DNA of 64,000 bases from positions 1-64,000 of the forward strand of contig CBFFRP010000024.1 of assembly GCA_965644295.1 (NCBI GenBank), read 5' to 3'. The notes beneath the pieces are model-generated. The model ran no database searches. It saw nothing but the letters and a program-made list of their open reading frames with translations, and had not been told where the DNA came from. The first letter of the stretch is position 1; each line of letters starts with the position of its first letter. Source of the stretch: Paraphysomonas bandaiensis (Eukaryota; Protista; Chrysophyceae). This document shows positions 24,024 to 36,617 of this stretch, in pieces. The translations under genes were made by a program, and so were the position numbers.

Positions 24024-25920
24024 AGTGGCTTCGATCACGAAACCCTCCATGTCCATATTACAAGCTCAAGGCTATCACGTATATCGGATAAGCCATAATT
24101 CAAGTCACGTATATGTCATTTCAGTATGCAACGACGAAATCTAAGCAGAAAAGAGAAGCTTTACTTCTCTTTCCTTCGCCATTTGATTATGGTTAGGATT
24201 ATCCGCTCTTAAGCTCATGCTTATTGAGAGGTAAGTTAAAAACATACATTACCCGATTCCGACAGTGTAGTCACTGTAAAGGACCGTCTGCACATTCTGC
24301 AGGCAAGACATATAACGCTAAGATTGTGTGAGAGTCGCCTTGTCGGCCCGCAAGTATATATCTTAACGATTATACTGGAATTCTCGGGACTGCGTATGGA
24401 AATGCAAATATCGTGCAGAATCTAGAAAGTCTATGTGCTCTCCTTCTTTGACGAATAATACACGACAATTCTCGTAGCCATTTATAACACTGGTTCTCTG
24501 GGAACACTGGTTGCAACAGGTAAGTGTATTGTTCGCATTTGTTGACCGATAATTTGGTTATGGTGTATTCGCTTGACTGACGCAGGCGGAGATGACAGAT
24601 GGATGTGTATCTGGTGCCTTAAGAGCAAGGCCCTTCTTTGTCTGCAGAGCACGCATGCAGGTGCCGAAACTAGTATATGCCGAAACTAGTATACTTATCT
24701 CTGTTGTTTGTTAGTTGCACATGTATGTGTTGTTGAGGCCTAGCAAATTTGGTTTAGCCCCCTTCTCCCTCATGAATGTGCAGGATTTTCCGTAATTGTG
24801 TATTAATCACATATATGTACATCTTGTGTAGATATAGCTTGAACAAGCCTTGTGCCATACAGAAAATGCGCCAAGATTATCAGAAATAAGTAGCTATTAA
24901 CTATTAGAAATAGGTAACTGAACTCTGAAGCAACACTCTCAATTAGTGAAAGTTATGCATTGCAACTAACTTTATTGCTTGTTTGTTCACCATCATAAAA
25001 AAAGCGCAATTCTTAATCATACACGCCACGGATGGACTGCTACAAGAAAAAAACTGCGCAAACTTCGTAGTACCCGCCATGACGGTAAACTACAGGTTAG
25101 ATACTCAGTGGAAAACTTTAGTTTCTACAGTAGAAAACAATATGAAGTCTACTACAACTGGTGTCGTACTATCTGGTGTTAACAATAGGCTTTTTATGTG
25201 CTTGAAAGCTCAACGTGAATATGCGATTTACAATGTCATTAGAAGTACATCAGTGTATGCATAGTACCGCATAAGTATTTTTTGATTTTTTTCTCACGAT
25301 TGCATAATGTTTACTTTCGTATATAGTGGATATATACAGCAGTGTTCTCTGTTGTATAAATATGCAACAGTATGTACAGCACTGTTTCCTATTGATATTA
25401 TATGATATGGAAAATATCATACTATATAAAGAGACTGATGAGAATGACTGGTGAACATATGGTGTTTGAGTACAGATAGATGCTCACCAGTCACTCGTCA
25501 TCAGTCTCACACATTTTTATAAATTATACATGTATATAGAGCATTCGTATTCAGTGCTTAGAAACAAGTGTGCGTGTTTTTGTTAGGGTATTTTAACTAT
25601 TTAGTATTTAATACTGTGGCATGACCAAACCTGGTCAACTGCGGGCGACCTGGTCTAATGACAACTATTTTGCTAGAACCCTACTTTTAAGAGCGTAGAA
25701 CTATAATAAAATGTTTTCTATGCAAATGAGTGTTTTCTTTTAATTAACACTGAAAGCAAGGAATAAAATGGCAGTTGAGGTAGCTATATTGGCATCTAAC
25801 GTAGTAGTTTAGTATTAAGTAATTGTAATAATTGAAATTGAGACAGCAAGTAAAAATTGCTATTATAGTTGACTACAACATCATGCGTCAATTAATTGAT
25901 ATACGCAGCCCTGCTAGTCA

Positions 25921-26434
25921 TTTTGAAAGTCTTACTATATTAGCAATAGGCGTTAAAAACCAGCACCAACTTAGTAGCTAGATGAATGCTAGACAAACTA
26001 GTTAGACCTTTACCTGTAACTAATCAGCAGTACACACTTTTTTTATACTACTATTTAACGCTATGGAATCTGCTTGTGCATCGCCGCAGCACCAAGGTGC
26101 GACCACTTCAGCTCTGAGTTCTTAAGGTGAACATCCCGGATGCTTGACTTCAGCAGGCAGCCCAATACCCCGGTTACCCTTCAGGTGGGTCCTGTCCCGG
26201 ATGCCCTTGAGGTGGGCCCTGTCCCGGATGCCTGTTTTTTCGTCAGGGCCCAAAGACGTCTACACAAGTGTCACTTATTGGTGTCCCTTGTACCACACAA
26301 GTAGTCGGCTATGAGTGGGCAGAAGAATATCTGCTGACTATGTTTGCGGCTCACGTTAGTTTCCCAGAGAGAATCGCTCCGGTACTTATCCCCCAGAACA
26401 CCACGAAAAGGTGCGAGGCCGACTTTGTTGAGGG
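25921..26434 (-). mobile_element. Copy B of a short ingi/RIME-like non-autonomous retroposon (514 bp) with a 13-bp TSD
   Basis: Perfect direct repeat GCCCTGCTAGTCA at 25908-25920 and 26435-26447. High similarity to 63146-63651. No long ORF. Confidence 0.88.
26346..26434 (-). ncRNA. Predicted HDV-like self-cleaving ribozyme at the 5' end of copy B
   Basis: P1 CCCUCA/UGGGGG, P2 CGG.CUCG/UGAGCCG, P3 CAC-CUUUUC-GUG, P4 CCGGAG/CUCUGG, J4/2 GAAACUAAC. Confidence 0.7.
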
Positions 26435-26447
26435 GCCCTGCTAGTCA

Positions 26448-26559
26448 ACCTAGTCATTGTAAACTGAATATATGAATTACTAATTGACTAGGTTTTATAC
26501 ACCAATTTTGGTGTGACTAGGAAATTACACCAATTTGACTAGGTCCAATAAGAGATCCC
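26448..26559 (-). mobile_element. Fragment of the GGGAT/CCTAGTCA MITE-like repeat
   Basis: The reverse complement starts (TAA)GGGATCTCTTATTGGACCTAGTCAAATTGGTGT and matches the copies at 12074 and 33294. Confidence 0.65.
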
Positions 26560-26974
26560 TTAATTATTGCGCAAGCTTGTTACTTATATATTATATATTA
26601 CACATATTTAAATCGTTCTAAATTCTAAACAGTGTAAAACCTTGATATGTGTGCTATTTTTATTGACTTAATATTTATTGGCTTAACTTAAAAATATATT
26701 CAGGCAAGCTTTAGGAGTGCAATCTAATATCAATTTGATACAAATTTACTTTTAGGCAATTTTGTACCCAAACAATAAGAAACGTAATTCGATAAAACCA
26801 CGAAATCTGTACCGACGAATGCAAGCCACATAGGAACGCTACATCTGTGAACTAGCAGTATATATATTCCACATATAGACGTGCAAATACTATTATTAGG
26901 TTAGCTCATTCGTCATATGATATCACCACTAGCTTTACATCAATGCAACAATTACAATGGATATAGAGAAAATA

Positions 26975-29900
26975 TTATAACTCAATTGTGTACCCTCCAG
27001 CTGATGCTGATGCGATACCTGTACTCGGTGCTGCTACAGAAGGAGGCATACTATAATACTCTGGTTCTTCAGCGGGAAGTTCCCAAGCAGATTGACCGTT
27101 GGCTTCATTGTACCAATAGTAATTACCGCTGTCATCCTGTAGCTGTATCCAGTCACCGTGCCTAACCGGTTCGTCCGCAGGAACATCCGCTGCAGCAGCC
27201 GCTTCAGCGGAATCGGCCTCCGCAGGTTTATCCCAAGAGGCTTCACCAGTAACTACATTATAGTAATACACATTGCCATCCGCATCGACCATCTCACTCC
27301 AGTCTCCGAATCGTGGGGTGTCTTCACATATTTGATTGTCAACTTCCTGCTTGCTTGGGGTAGGGGGCGCTCTAGGGGTTGGTTCATATCCTTCAACTCG
27401 ATAGCGTAACCGAAGTGAAAATTCGCCACAACCAGTGACACCATCATCATCGTGCAGCTCTCCGCTCATGTCAGTCCATCCATTGGGCGCATCTAATAAC
27501 TTACCCATGGACAAGCTTGCAGTCAAATTTCGTAATTCACCATTATCGCCTTGTTGTTTGACATGAATTACAAGTAAATCGGCATGGAAGTGAGAGAGCG
27601 GAATTTTCCCAGTAAAATCCAGGTATTTCCAAGATGTAACATCATCAACAACTGGTTCTACTGTGCTACTCTGTTTCCACAATGCTCCTTCATCGACCAT
27701 TAAATCAACAAATACATTCGTAGGGCCTGATATGACTCGTTAGTACACACTAAAAGATATCACATCCAAACTTACATGTCACACGGAGGTTACTAACGGA
27801 AATGGACATCACATCAAGGAATCCGAACTCCGTGTCTGAATCTTCTTCAGTTTTCTCAGCATCTGACGGTGCTAAATCCACTTTATCTACTGTGGTCTCC
27901 CCCTCAACATCAGTGCCTTCTTGTGGTTGCGCTACATCTCCTGTAGTTCCAGACTGCTCCGTTTCTTCATTACACTTCTCTTCATTTTGACACTGTTCAG
28001 TCGATTCGACGGGCTCTTCAATGTATGCTGGATCTGTAGCACCGCCACCTTGAGTAGCGGTATGTATTACGCTTTCAGATTCGTTATTCAAATCGTCACC
28101 CTCATTTATAGCCCCACCAGGGTGATCTTCGCTTAGTTTCACCTCGTCAGCAGTATTGGATTGCCTTTCACTATCAGTAGGAGCCTCCACCTCACTTGGT
28201 TCAACTGTGGGTGACACCTCCAGTTCAGGTTCGCCTGATGGTACTTCAACAGGTTCATCATCGGAAGGCACATCATCATACGGTTCTTCACCCCCATATC
28301 GATACCTTATTCTAATGGAGTACTCCCCACATGTATCATCGCCATCAGTATCAATCAGATTTCCATCCAATGTCGTCCACGTATTCGATTGGACAACCAT
28401 ATCAGTGAGAGAGAGGCAAGTTTCACCAAAAATCTCACCATCTCTATATACTCGCAAAAGCATGAAGTCTGACGTAAGTTGATTTTCTGACACCAGTCCC
28501 GCAAACGGCAGATCCTTCCACTTCACATGGGACGTAGAAGGTATTTGAACATCCGTCGCATGCTGCCAGTCACCCAAACTTAATTCAGCAAAAATATCAG
28601 TGGGACCTGTACATACACTTACATATAATTGAGAAAAAGTGTGACCCATACCAGAAATCTGCAGATTCTGCAACTTGATGCGAGAAACTTCAAGGTCCCC
28701 TTTGACATCGGCTTCCTCTTCTGCTGTTGGAGCGGCTTCTGATTGTGCACCAACATCCTGATTATCTGAATTATCATTGTCAGTGGTAGGATGATCTCCA
28801 TTCCTCGCTAATTCGTCCTCACAATCTAATACGTCACCATCCTTGCAAGAAGGATCTTGGCTCTCCAATCTATACCGCACCAACACAAAAAACTCCCCAT
28901 TTCCAGCATCGCCGTCTTTGTTCAAAAGTCGACCTGTAAGCTTAACCCATGAATTCGTTTTCTCAGTCAGAGACGCAATTGAGAGCGAAGCTTTGCCCAA
29001 GAACTTATCGTTTTGTTCATGATGTTGCTTTACACGTAGAGCGAATAAATCGTGACAAGCCTGCGCGTGAGATACTCTTCCGGAATAAGCGAGATCTTTC
29101 CATTTCAATACAGGGCCATTATTAGAATCTGTAGAATGCTTCCATGTAGTTCCATCCCCTAGCTTCAACTCCACGAATACATCTACATAATACAGTTGAC
29201 AAAACATACACCATACACTACACCACCTACCACTACAGTCCAGTCCAGTCAGCGTGATGTGAGAAACCTCTAAATAAGCATCTTCTGGCCCTGCGATATA
29301 CTTCAGTTTCTCATGAAGGGCGCTGACTTGTTCTTCCAAAGTTGCAATATTTTTTTTGTAAACCTCGACTTCTTTCGCATGTTGCTTCCTTAACTTGGCC
29401 ATATCGGCTTCAAATTGAGACCGATGCTCTTTCACTGCGGCATCAATAGCTTTCTTTTTGGAAACATCTTCAGGTTTAGTTTTACTCTCTCTTAAAACTC
29501 TAATTTCTTCTTTCATGGCGGATATTTGGAGTTCATATCTCTTAATCGGCTTTTCAAATTCATTACCAGTTGTAGCAGAAACAGCAAAGACATCATCAGG
29601 GTCAAAACAAGGAAACTCGTCGAAAAAATCCGCACGAGAATCATTCGCGGAGCTTGGTTTCAGATATTCATCATACAAGCCCCCACCAGGCAAATTAGAC
29701 GTGTCCTCTGCCATTGTCACTGATTTTACTTGAAGCGGTCGTCGCTTGCGAGGCACTTCGCGAGGTGGGGCAAGTGATAGGGGCATGGACACCAGCTTCT
29801 CAGTTAATGTAATTGGAGCCAAAGTTACATCCGGTCGTGCAGATGGTTTACCAACGTACTTTAAGATGCTTGTCAAATTTCCCGATAAAGAAAACATCAA

Positions 29901-32102
29901 CCACTGTTGTGCGATCTCAAACGATAGTGAGAAAGGGTCAACCTTGTCTTGCACAGCGTGAAGGAGAGGGCTCAAAGAACTTGGTACTGCTTGCACAACT
30001 GCTATGACCTCATTCTCAAAGTTCATGATTGGAACAGAGTAGAAAGGCTCTGACGCTGAGTCGATATCTACTTGAGGATTGAGCACAGGATCCGAGCCAG
30101 GACTTGAAACGAGGTACGGCTTCTTCGTTTTTACACAATAGCCAGCAACTCCAGAGTGCTTCGGATTATAACAGCACGACAGATTAGACGCTTTGCAGTT
30201 CATCATGGCGATTGCTTGTTGCTGGAGAGAAATCAAATCACAGTCATCTAATCCAATCGCTTTGGATAATATAAATGCTTTTGTTTTAGAGCATTTCAAT
30301 GAATCGCGTACGACATTCTCAAGAGTATACAAAACCTCCTCCGAAAGCAAGTCATTAGCTGCACATAGCGTCTCCTTCTCAGGTAGAGCTGCGTTCAGCT
30401 TGAGAGGGGCTTGAATCATAGTCGATATGATGGCTGATTCACTCCACACTCTGCGAAAAAGAATGCACGTTGCACTAAGAGCTCCTGCAAGCTCCCCATA
30501 GGAAGTCGCGTACAACTCATCCACTTCTGAAAACTTATTGTTGTCGCGTTTGTTGAGAAAATGTATTGCTCCAATTACACGGCCATTTCCATGCTCACGA
30601 ATAGGAACCGAGAGAATCCGCTTTAGTCCAAAGTCCCCCGCCGCATCAATATTAGGATTGAAGAATAGATTCTTAACTTGCTTTAAGTTGTTGTATCTTC
30701 GAATCAATCCATTTCTGATAACATTTTCTGCAATGGACTCTTCCTCGCCCACTTTAATTTTCTCGATAGTTTTGGAACCAGTTACGTACCGATGCATGGT
30801 ATCTCCTCCTGGTTGAAGAATGAATACGGACAGCCTCTCCGTATCAAATAACTGGCACACACGCCGATGACACAAGTGAAACGCCACATCCGCTTCAATG
30901 AGATTACAAGGTGTTGCCGCAAGGTGGGCAACCATGCCATCCATATGCTTTATACCTTCCATCGGATCGAATGCATTCCTATTCACCAATGCGCTAAGGC
31001 GAGTGTCCATTCGCTCTTTGCTTTTCGTATTTGATCCTGAATTCTCTCGCCTGTCAGAATTGTCGGCATTCTTCGAAGCTTTCTTTTCCGTGGGACCGAA
31101 AGCCATTCCACTCTCAAGGCTCTGAATCTCTCTCATTTCATCAAGTTCCAATTGCAACTGTCGGTTCCTACGCTCCGCATATCGCAAACTCGACCGCAAG
31201 CCTTGAATTTTGAACTCTAAGTTTTCCACATTTTTAACGACTCTGTTATGCTCCTTAGCCACTCGTAAAAGTCTCTCGCGAAGTTTTTCGTTTTTCGTGA
31301 CAGATATTTCTTGCTCCGCATTGGCATGTTTGGCAACATTCTTTGAACTACTTGGACGAGGAATACTTGTTTTTCCAGGAGATGGGGGAGTTGAGCCAAT
31401 TTCGTCCATCGGAGTTAATGGTCGCTGATCAGGAGAACCGCTTCTGCGTTGTGTCGGAGATGCACGCATTGTCTGATCACTCAAATTATTTTTTCTTCGT
31501 TGCCGTTGACTAGCATGAATTGATTTTTTACTACTTCCATCAGTAATTAAAGCAAATGCATCAATAAGTGTTTTATTTGTTGATGATAAACGTGAGATTG
31601 CTTTTGAATTACGTATTGCATAATTTTGTCGTGATTCTGCATCATCTTGAAGGGCTCCTAACTTCTCTTCTAACATTATAATTTTTTCACGAGATAATTC
31701 ACATCGTTGTCTTAATTGTTCCATTTCAGTTAATTTTTTCTTATGTTCACCTTTCAATGCCATGAGTTCTAATTTTACAGCATCATACTGTTTTTGTGCA
31801 TTCTCTGCCGTAAATGTTGCCATATTAACAACACTTGTAACTCTTTCTCTTACATCATATGGCATTTTGGCAATAATTTTATATAATGCATGCATACCTG
31901 ATGTAGAGGATGTATATGATATATTCTTACGATAATCTAAATCCATACTATTTGAACGATATTGTGGCTCTAATGTAGTAGAATAAGGATTATTACGACC
32001 TTGTGGTCCTGGTGATGGTGTTGTAGGTGGTAATGTAGGTTTTTTACCCATATTTTCTGTAAGTGATATTGATTTTTTTGGACCAGTAGGATATTTTCTC
32101 AT
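26975..32102 (-). CDS. Large signalling protein: coiled coils, two GAF domains, three C2-like domains, two WW domains; 4 exons
   Basis: GAF motifs ILSVPIRE...VIGAIHFLNK...FSEVDE and SGVAGYCVKT...FYSVPIMN...VIAVVQAV. WW motifs WSEMVDADGNVYYYNVVTGEASWDKP and WIQLQDDSGNYYWYNEANGQSAWELP. Introns at 29230-29183, 28651-28607 and 27775-27727. Confidence 0.88.
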
Positions 32103-33293
32103 ATTGATTTGTGTATATAGAAGTAGAAGTTATTTGAAGTGAAAGAAAGTGTGGATTAGGATGAAGTGAAGTGTTTTATAGGGTTATACATGCATATGAT
32201 ACACTTCAATATATTCAAATACGAGAAGAAGTTAAGTGATCTTGAATAAGCGCAACTTCACTTCAGTTAATAGCACTGGTATGTATTGCACACTGCTGTA
32301 TGCTCTCATCAAGCCTCATTGTATCATATTAAAAACGACCAACCTAAAACGAGTGAAACGTATATACCGCCTGTTTTACCCAATAACGCCTGTATACAAT
32401 ACTGTATGTATACTCTGTATGTAGATGTACAAAAGGATAAGCTGCTGAAAGTCTTGAAATCTATGACAAAAATCTTGAAAATAGTGCATTTTGGTGTTAT
32501 TGTGGAGGTTGAGGTACTCTGAACATACAGTACATACATGTACACAGTAGATGTGTGTAGCTAGTAAATATGACATGGGTTTCTTTCATTACAATTCTTC
32601 ATGAATGTAATTGTTGAGAGTAGAATGTTATTATTGCTGGTGTTGTCAACAGATGCAAAGCTATTAATGCTATGGCTCTAGACCGTAACGATGGTTTGAG
32701 GGTCTGTGACATGTCCACTGGAAAATTAACAGAGTATGTGCTTGTTGCTGGGTCACCTATCAGTGATGTTGCGATTGAAGTCGAGATAGCGAGCGCGCAT
32801 GGGTGAGAAGTATTAGGGAGTCGTGTGTCGTGCACTGCTGTGACACCCATGGCTATGTACGGAGTGAAGTCAGTATCTACTATTGTCTTTCTGTGGTGGG
32901 GGCATATGTTGTTCCCTATTCCATCAAACCAGTACAATGAGCGTCTTGTGGATGCTAATACTACAACTCGGCGCTCACGTTTTGTTCCTTCTACCATATC
33001 GTGTGGCCTGAAGCCTAGGCATTATGTTTGTAATCTTGTAGGTTGTGTTTCCTTCAGGGAAGTGGGTTAATTTAGCTATGTGGTAGGGAATGTTTGAATT
33101 GAGCATTACACTCAAGTTACCCTTTCTCTACACGTAAACCTTAAACTTGCTTTGTTGCACACAAGTACTTTCAAGAAAGAATTAGAGTTACATTACGAGT
33201 TGGTTTCACCTCCTGCACACTATATTAGCTCGATTCAATTGCACATTATATGTCGTGTCATCAACTGCATGTGTTAGTGGCGAGTAGACATAC

Positions 33294-33490
33294 GGGATAT
33301 ATTATTGGACCTAGTCAAATTGGTGTAACTTCTTAGTCAACAGGTGGAAAATCTAATCATTAAATAATACATATATTCAATTTATAATGACTAGGATGAC
33401 TACGTGCTTATAGTATTTACCCGGCCATCAATTAATGAATGCAGATATTGAATTATTTAATACTTAGACTAGATTTTTACACCAAAATTA
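33294..33490 (+). mobile_element. Diverged fragment of the GGGAT/CCTAGTCA MITE-like repeat
   Basis: GGGATATATTATTGGACCTAGTCAAATTGGTGTAAC...AATGACTAGGATGACTA...CCATCAATTAATG matches the 12074 and 26559 copies. Confidence 0.6.
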
Positions 33491-34121
33491 GCTTCACAGT
33501 GCAGGAGATGAATGTACTGCCATTTCGTATTAGATATCCAGCTGTTAGGCTGTTCAATAGGGATGGTTGATTGCCATTATCATTTATCTATCATTCAGAT
33601 GTACTTGCAACTTGCTTCCATATCAATGTTACAATGAAACAATTATCTATGATCAACAGATATATTAGTTATTCGAAAGCCTTGGTATTAAAAATATTAC
33701 AATTAATTGCAATTGGTTGAAGAAACTTTTGATTAATTATAATTGCAATTCTTTTCTATTCTAGAACATACGTGGGTACAAGAGTGCCCGCACTCTATAT
33801 TGGGAAACGACATTACGGAGGGTGTAGGATGGTAGAGATGTGTAAACTAATTTCTTCCATTTCGTCGTCGTGTTTGTTTATTATAATAAAACTATATCAT
33901 ACACAGATATGAAAGACTACAATATAGTGAAAAGCAATATAGGGCGTACTTGGATTCAAACAAAACAAGACGCGGTTATCATGATATTATAATCATCCTT
34001 TTCCGTATACAAATTTGTATATGTTCTACAAATGAAGCCACTTCAGAACATCCAAGTGGCCACACTACGCAGCATAGTAGTGTCCCTTCAATCCATGAAC
34101 ATGGAGAGTCCAGTTAATGAA

Positions 34122-35555
34122 CTACAACATTAATTTCATAACGTCTCTACACATAGCCATAGCACTGCAATTCTCTATATGCCCTGGACATGGAGGGTCC
34201 TGTGAACGAAGCCACTTTAGAACCTCCAAGTTCTCACAAATAGCAGCGGCTTTCAGAGTGCCTTCATCCCATGGACATGGAGGGTTCTGTGAACGAAGCC
34301 ACTTCAAAACATTCAAGTGTCCACAGAAAGCAGCATTTGTGCAAGTTGCTTCATCCCATGGACATGGAGGGTTCTGTGAACGAAGCCACTTCAAAACATT
34401 CAAGTGTCCTTCACATGCAGCACTAATGCAGGTGCCTTCATCCCATGGACATGGAGGGTTCTGTGAACGAAGCCACTTCAAAACATTCAAGTGACCTTCA
34501 CATGCAGCATCATTGCAAATTCCTTCATCCCATGGACATGGAGGGTTCTGTGAACGAAGCCACTTCAAAACATCCAAGTGCCCACCACAAGCAGCCTTAC
34601 GACAAGTGCCTTCATCCCATGGACATGGGGGGTCCTGGGAACGAAGCCACTTCAAAACATCCAAGTGCCCGCCTCTAGCAGCCACTAAGCATAAGTATTC
34701 ATCCCATGGATCTGGAGGGTTTTGTGAACGAAGCCACTTTAGAACATCCAAGTGTCCACAGAAAGCAGCTTCACTGTAAATGCCTTCACCCCATGGACAT
34801 GGAGGGTTCTGTGAACGAAGCCACTTCAAAACATCCAAGTGCCCACCACAAGCAGCCTTGCGACAAGTGCCTTCATCCCATGGACATGGAGGGTTCAGTG
34901 ATCGAAGCCACTTTAGAACATTCAAGTGTCCTTCACATGCAGCCCTGCGGCAAGTAAGTTCCCCAAATATATAGGAAGGGCATTGTGAACGAAGCCACTT
35001 TAGTGCATTCAGCTGTCCACCCTTAGCAGCACTGTCGGAAGCCTTGTAACAAGTTTGTACACCCCATGGACATGGAGGGTCCTGTGAACGAAGCCACTTC
35101 AGAACAATTAAGTCTCCATTCTCGGCAGCAGCACTACAAGTGTGCTCATTCCATGGACATGGAGGGTTCTGTGAGCGAAGCCACTTCAAAGTATCCAAGT
35201 GCCCACCACAAGCAGCAGCACTGCATGTCGTTTCATTCCATATGTGTGTAGAGCCGTGTGGATGTGTACTAAGTCTTCTGAGGTGTTTCATCTGCTGTAT
35301 TCTGCCGTATAGTGCACATCCATTCATCATCAGCATGTATGGACAGCCCACAGACAGAGCCCATGAGACCATTGAGTTGGTCATACAGTAGTGAGATACA
35401 TGTGACTCAAGTCTCTCTCTTCTCTCATCTCTCATGCTATCAGCCATATCGTGAAATCTCTTACAAGTCATCATCACAGGAAGGAGAGCTGTGTGTGGGA
35501 TCATAGAGATGATGAGACGAATCACATCATCGTTCAGAACAGATATATTCGACAT
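34122..35555 (-). CDS. F-box-like plus 29-aa ankyrin-like repeat protein, copy 2 (12 repeats)
   Basis: The first ~120 codons and ~100 bp of upstream DNA are almost identical to copy 1 (23041 corresponds to 35654). Twelve LKWLRS units. An extra decayed unit lies downstream at about 34030-34110. Confidence 0.9.
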   Translation of the reverse strand: MSNISVLNDDVIRLIISMIPHTALLPVMMTCKRFHDMADSMRDERRERLESHVSHYCMTNSMVSWALSVGCPYMLMMNGCALYGRIQQMKHLRRLSTHPHGSTHIWNETTCSAAACGGHLDTLKWLRSQNPPCPWNEHTCSAAAENGDLIVLKWLRSQDPPCPWGVQTCYKASDSAAKGGQLNALKWLRSQCPSYIFGELTCRRAACEGHLNVLKWLRSLNPPCPWDEGTCRKAACGGHLDVLKWLRSQNPPCPWGEGIYSEAAFCGHLDVLKWLRSQNPPDPWDEYLCLVAARGGHLDVLKWLRSQDPPCPWDEGTCRKAACGGHLDVLKWLRSQNPPCPWDEGICNDAACEGHLNVLKWLRSQNPPCPWDEGTCISAACEGHLNVLKWLRSQNPPCPWDEATCTNAAFCGHLNVLKWLRSQNPPCPWDEGTLKAAAICENLEVLKWLRSQDPPCPGHIENCSAMAMCRDVMKLML

Positions 35556-36617
35556 ATCACAACTGATAATATCCACAGACTATACGAGGCTCATAGAGTG
35601 CTAATACGCTACAAGATTATGAGATGAGTATGTATGTATATACGTATGTACTATGCATATGGTGTACACAGTGCTATTCTAGTAATATATCGAGCATACG
35701 AAGTGATGTTGAATGATACGAAGTGACTCTCTGTCATGTTCTTTGAAGTGTTGTTGATATTAAAGCAATACAAAAGTATGTCAATGAAGAAATACAGAAA
35801 ATATATAGAAAGTGTTTATTAAAACCCCAATATTTAATACAAAATCCAGTATTTTATCAGAAAAATGGGTTTTCGTATCTAGATAGTTGAATATCTTCAT
35901 TACGAAGGTGTTGTATGGGGAGATCAACAGTGAGATGCTCCTTCCAGCCATTGCAATACTATATCTATGTAAAGGTTCAACACAACACTATAGGGTCTAC
36001 CAGAGGCTAATGAAACCCCCTTGTACCTGCTGATTTACTGTCGTAGAAAGACTTCCATATTATCTTAATGTCTCAGAGTACATGCATTCATTGAGCTGAA
36101 TACACGACCATGTCACAGCTAACTGACTGTTTCATTACAATGGCTAAGAACTATTTAACTTGGACTGATTTCCTTTTGAAGATACGTCGTCATTCATGTA
36201 TGAATTTGAATACAGTAAACAAGACTGTGGTCCTCTTCTGTTTTCATTGAGATCCCCTTACAGCAGTGGTGGCCAGTAATGGAGAGTGCATTATACGCGC
36301 TGCAGTAGCTAAAAAGGTGGAGTATTTCATTGGGCTGAATGTTACGAGATTGAGTGCCTTGTATATAATCATAGTGGCGCTAGTATTATTATATATATTG
36401 TAACGTATAACATCTGTCTGTTGACGTTGAACACCGAGATCTGTATTTACCGAGATAGTACGTATACAGTGACCAATAAACGCCAGCTTGTGCCGAGATA
36501 AATTACTGGGCACAGAAAGATTTAATGTATCACTTGTAGAAAGTTGATCATACAACTGATATGAATAGATACAGCCTAATTCAGTGTTTATATTAGCATC
36601 TCATAATTTAATCAGCA

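Noticed and set aside
26225-26270. CUGACGA on the minus strand of the retroposon as a hammerhead ribozyme core
   Set aside because: No convincing stems I and II and no correctly placed GAAA could be built by hand.
23041-35654. F-box/ankyrin inverted pair as the TIRs of one large Polinton-like element
   Set aside because: No TSD was seen, no integrase, polymerase or capsid gene is present, and the enclosed gene is an ordinary intron-containing host gene.
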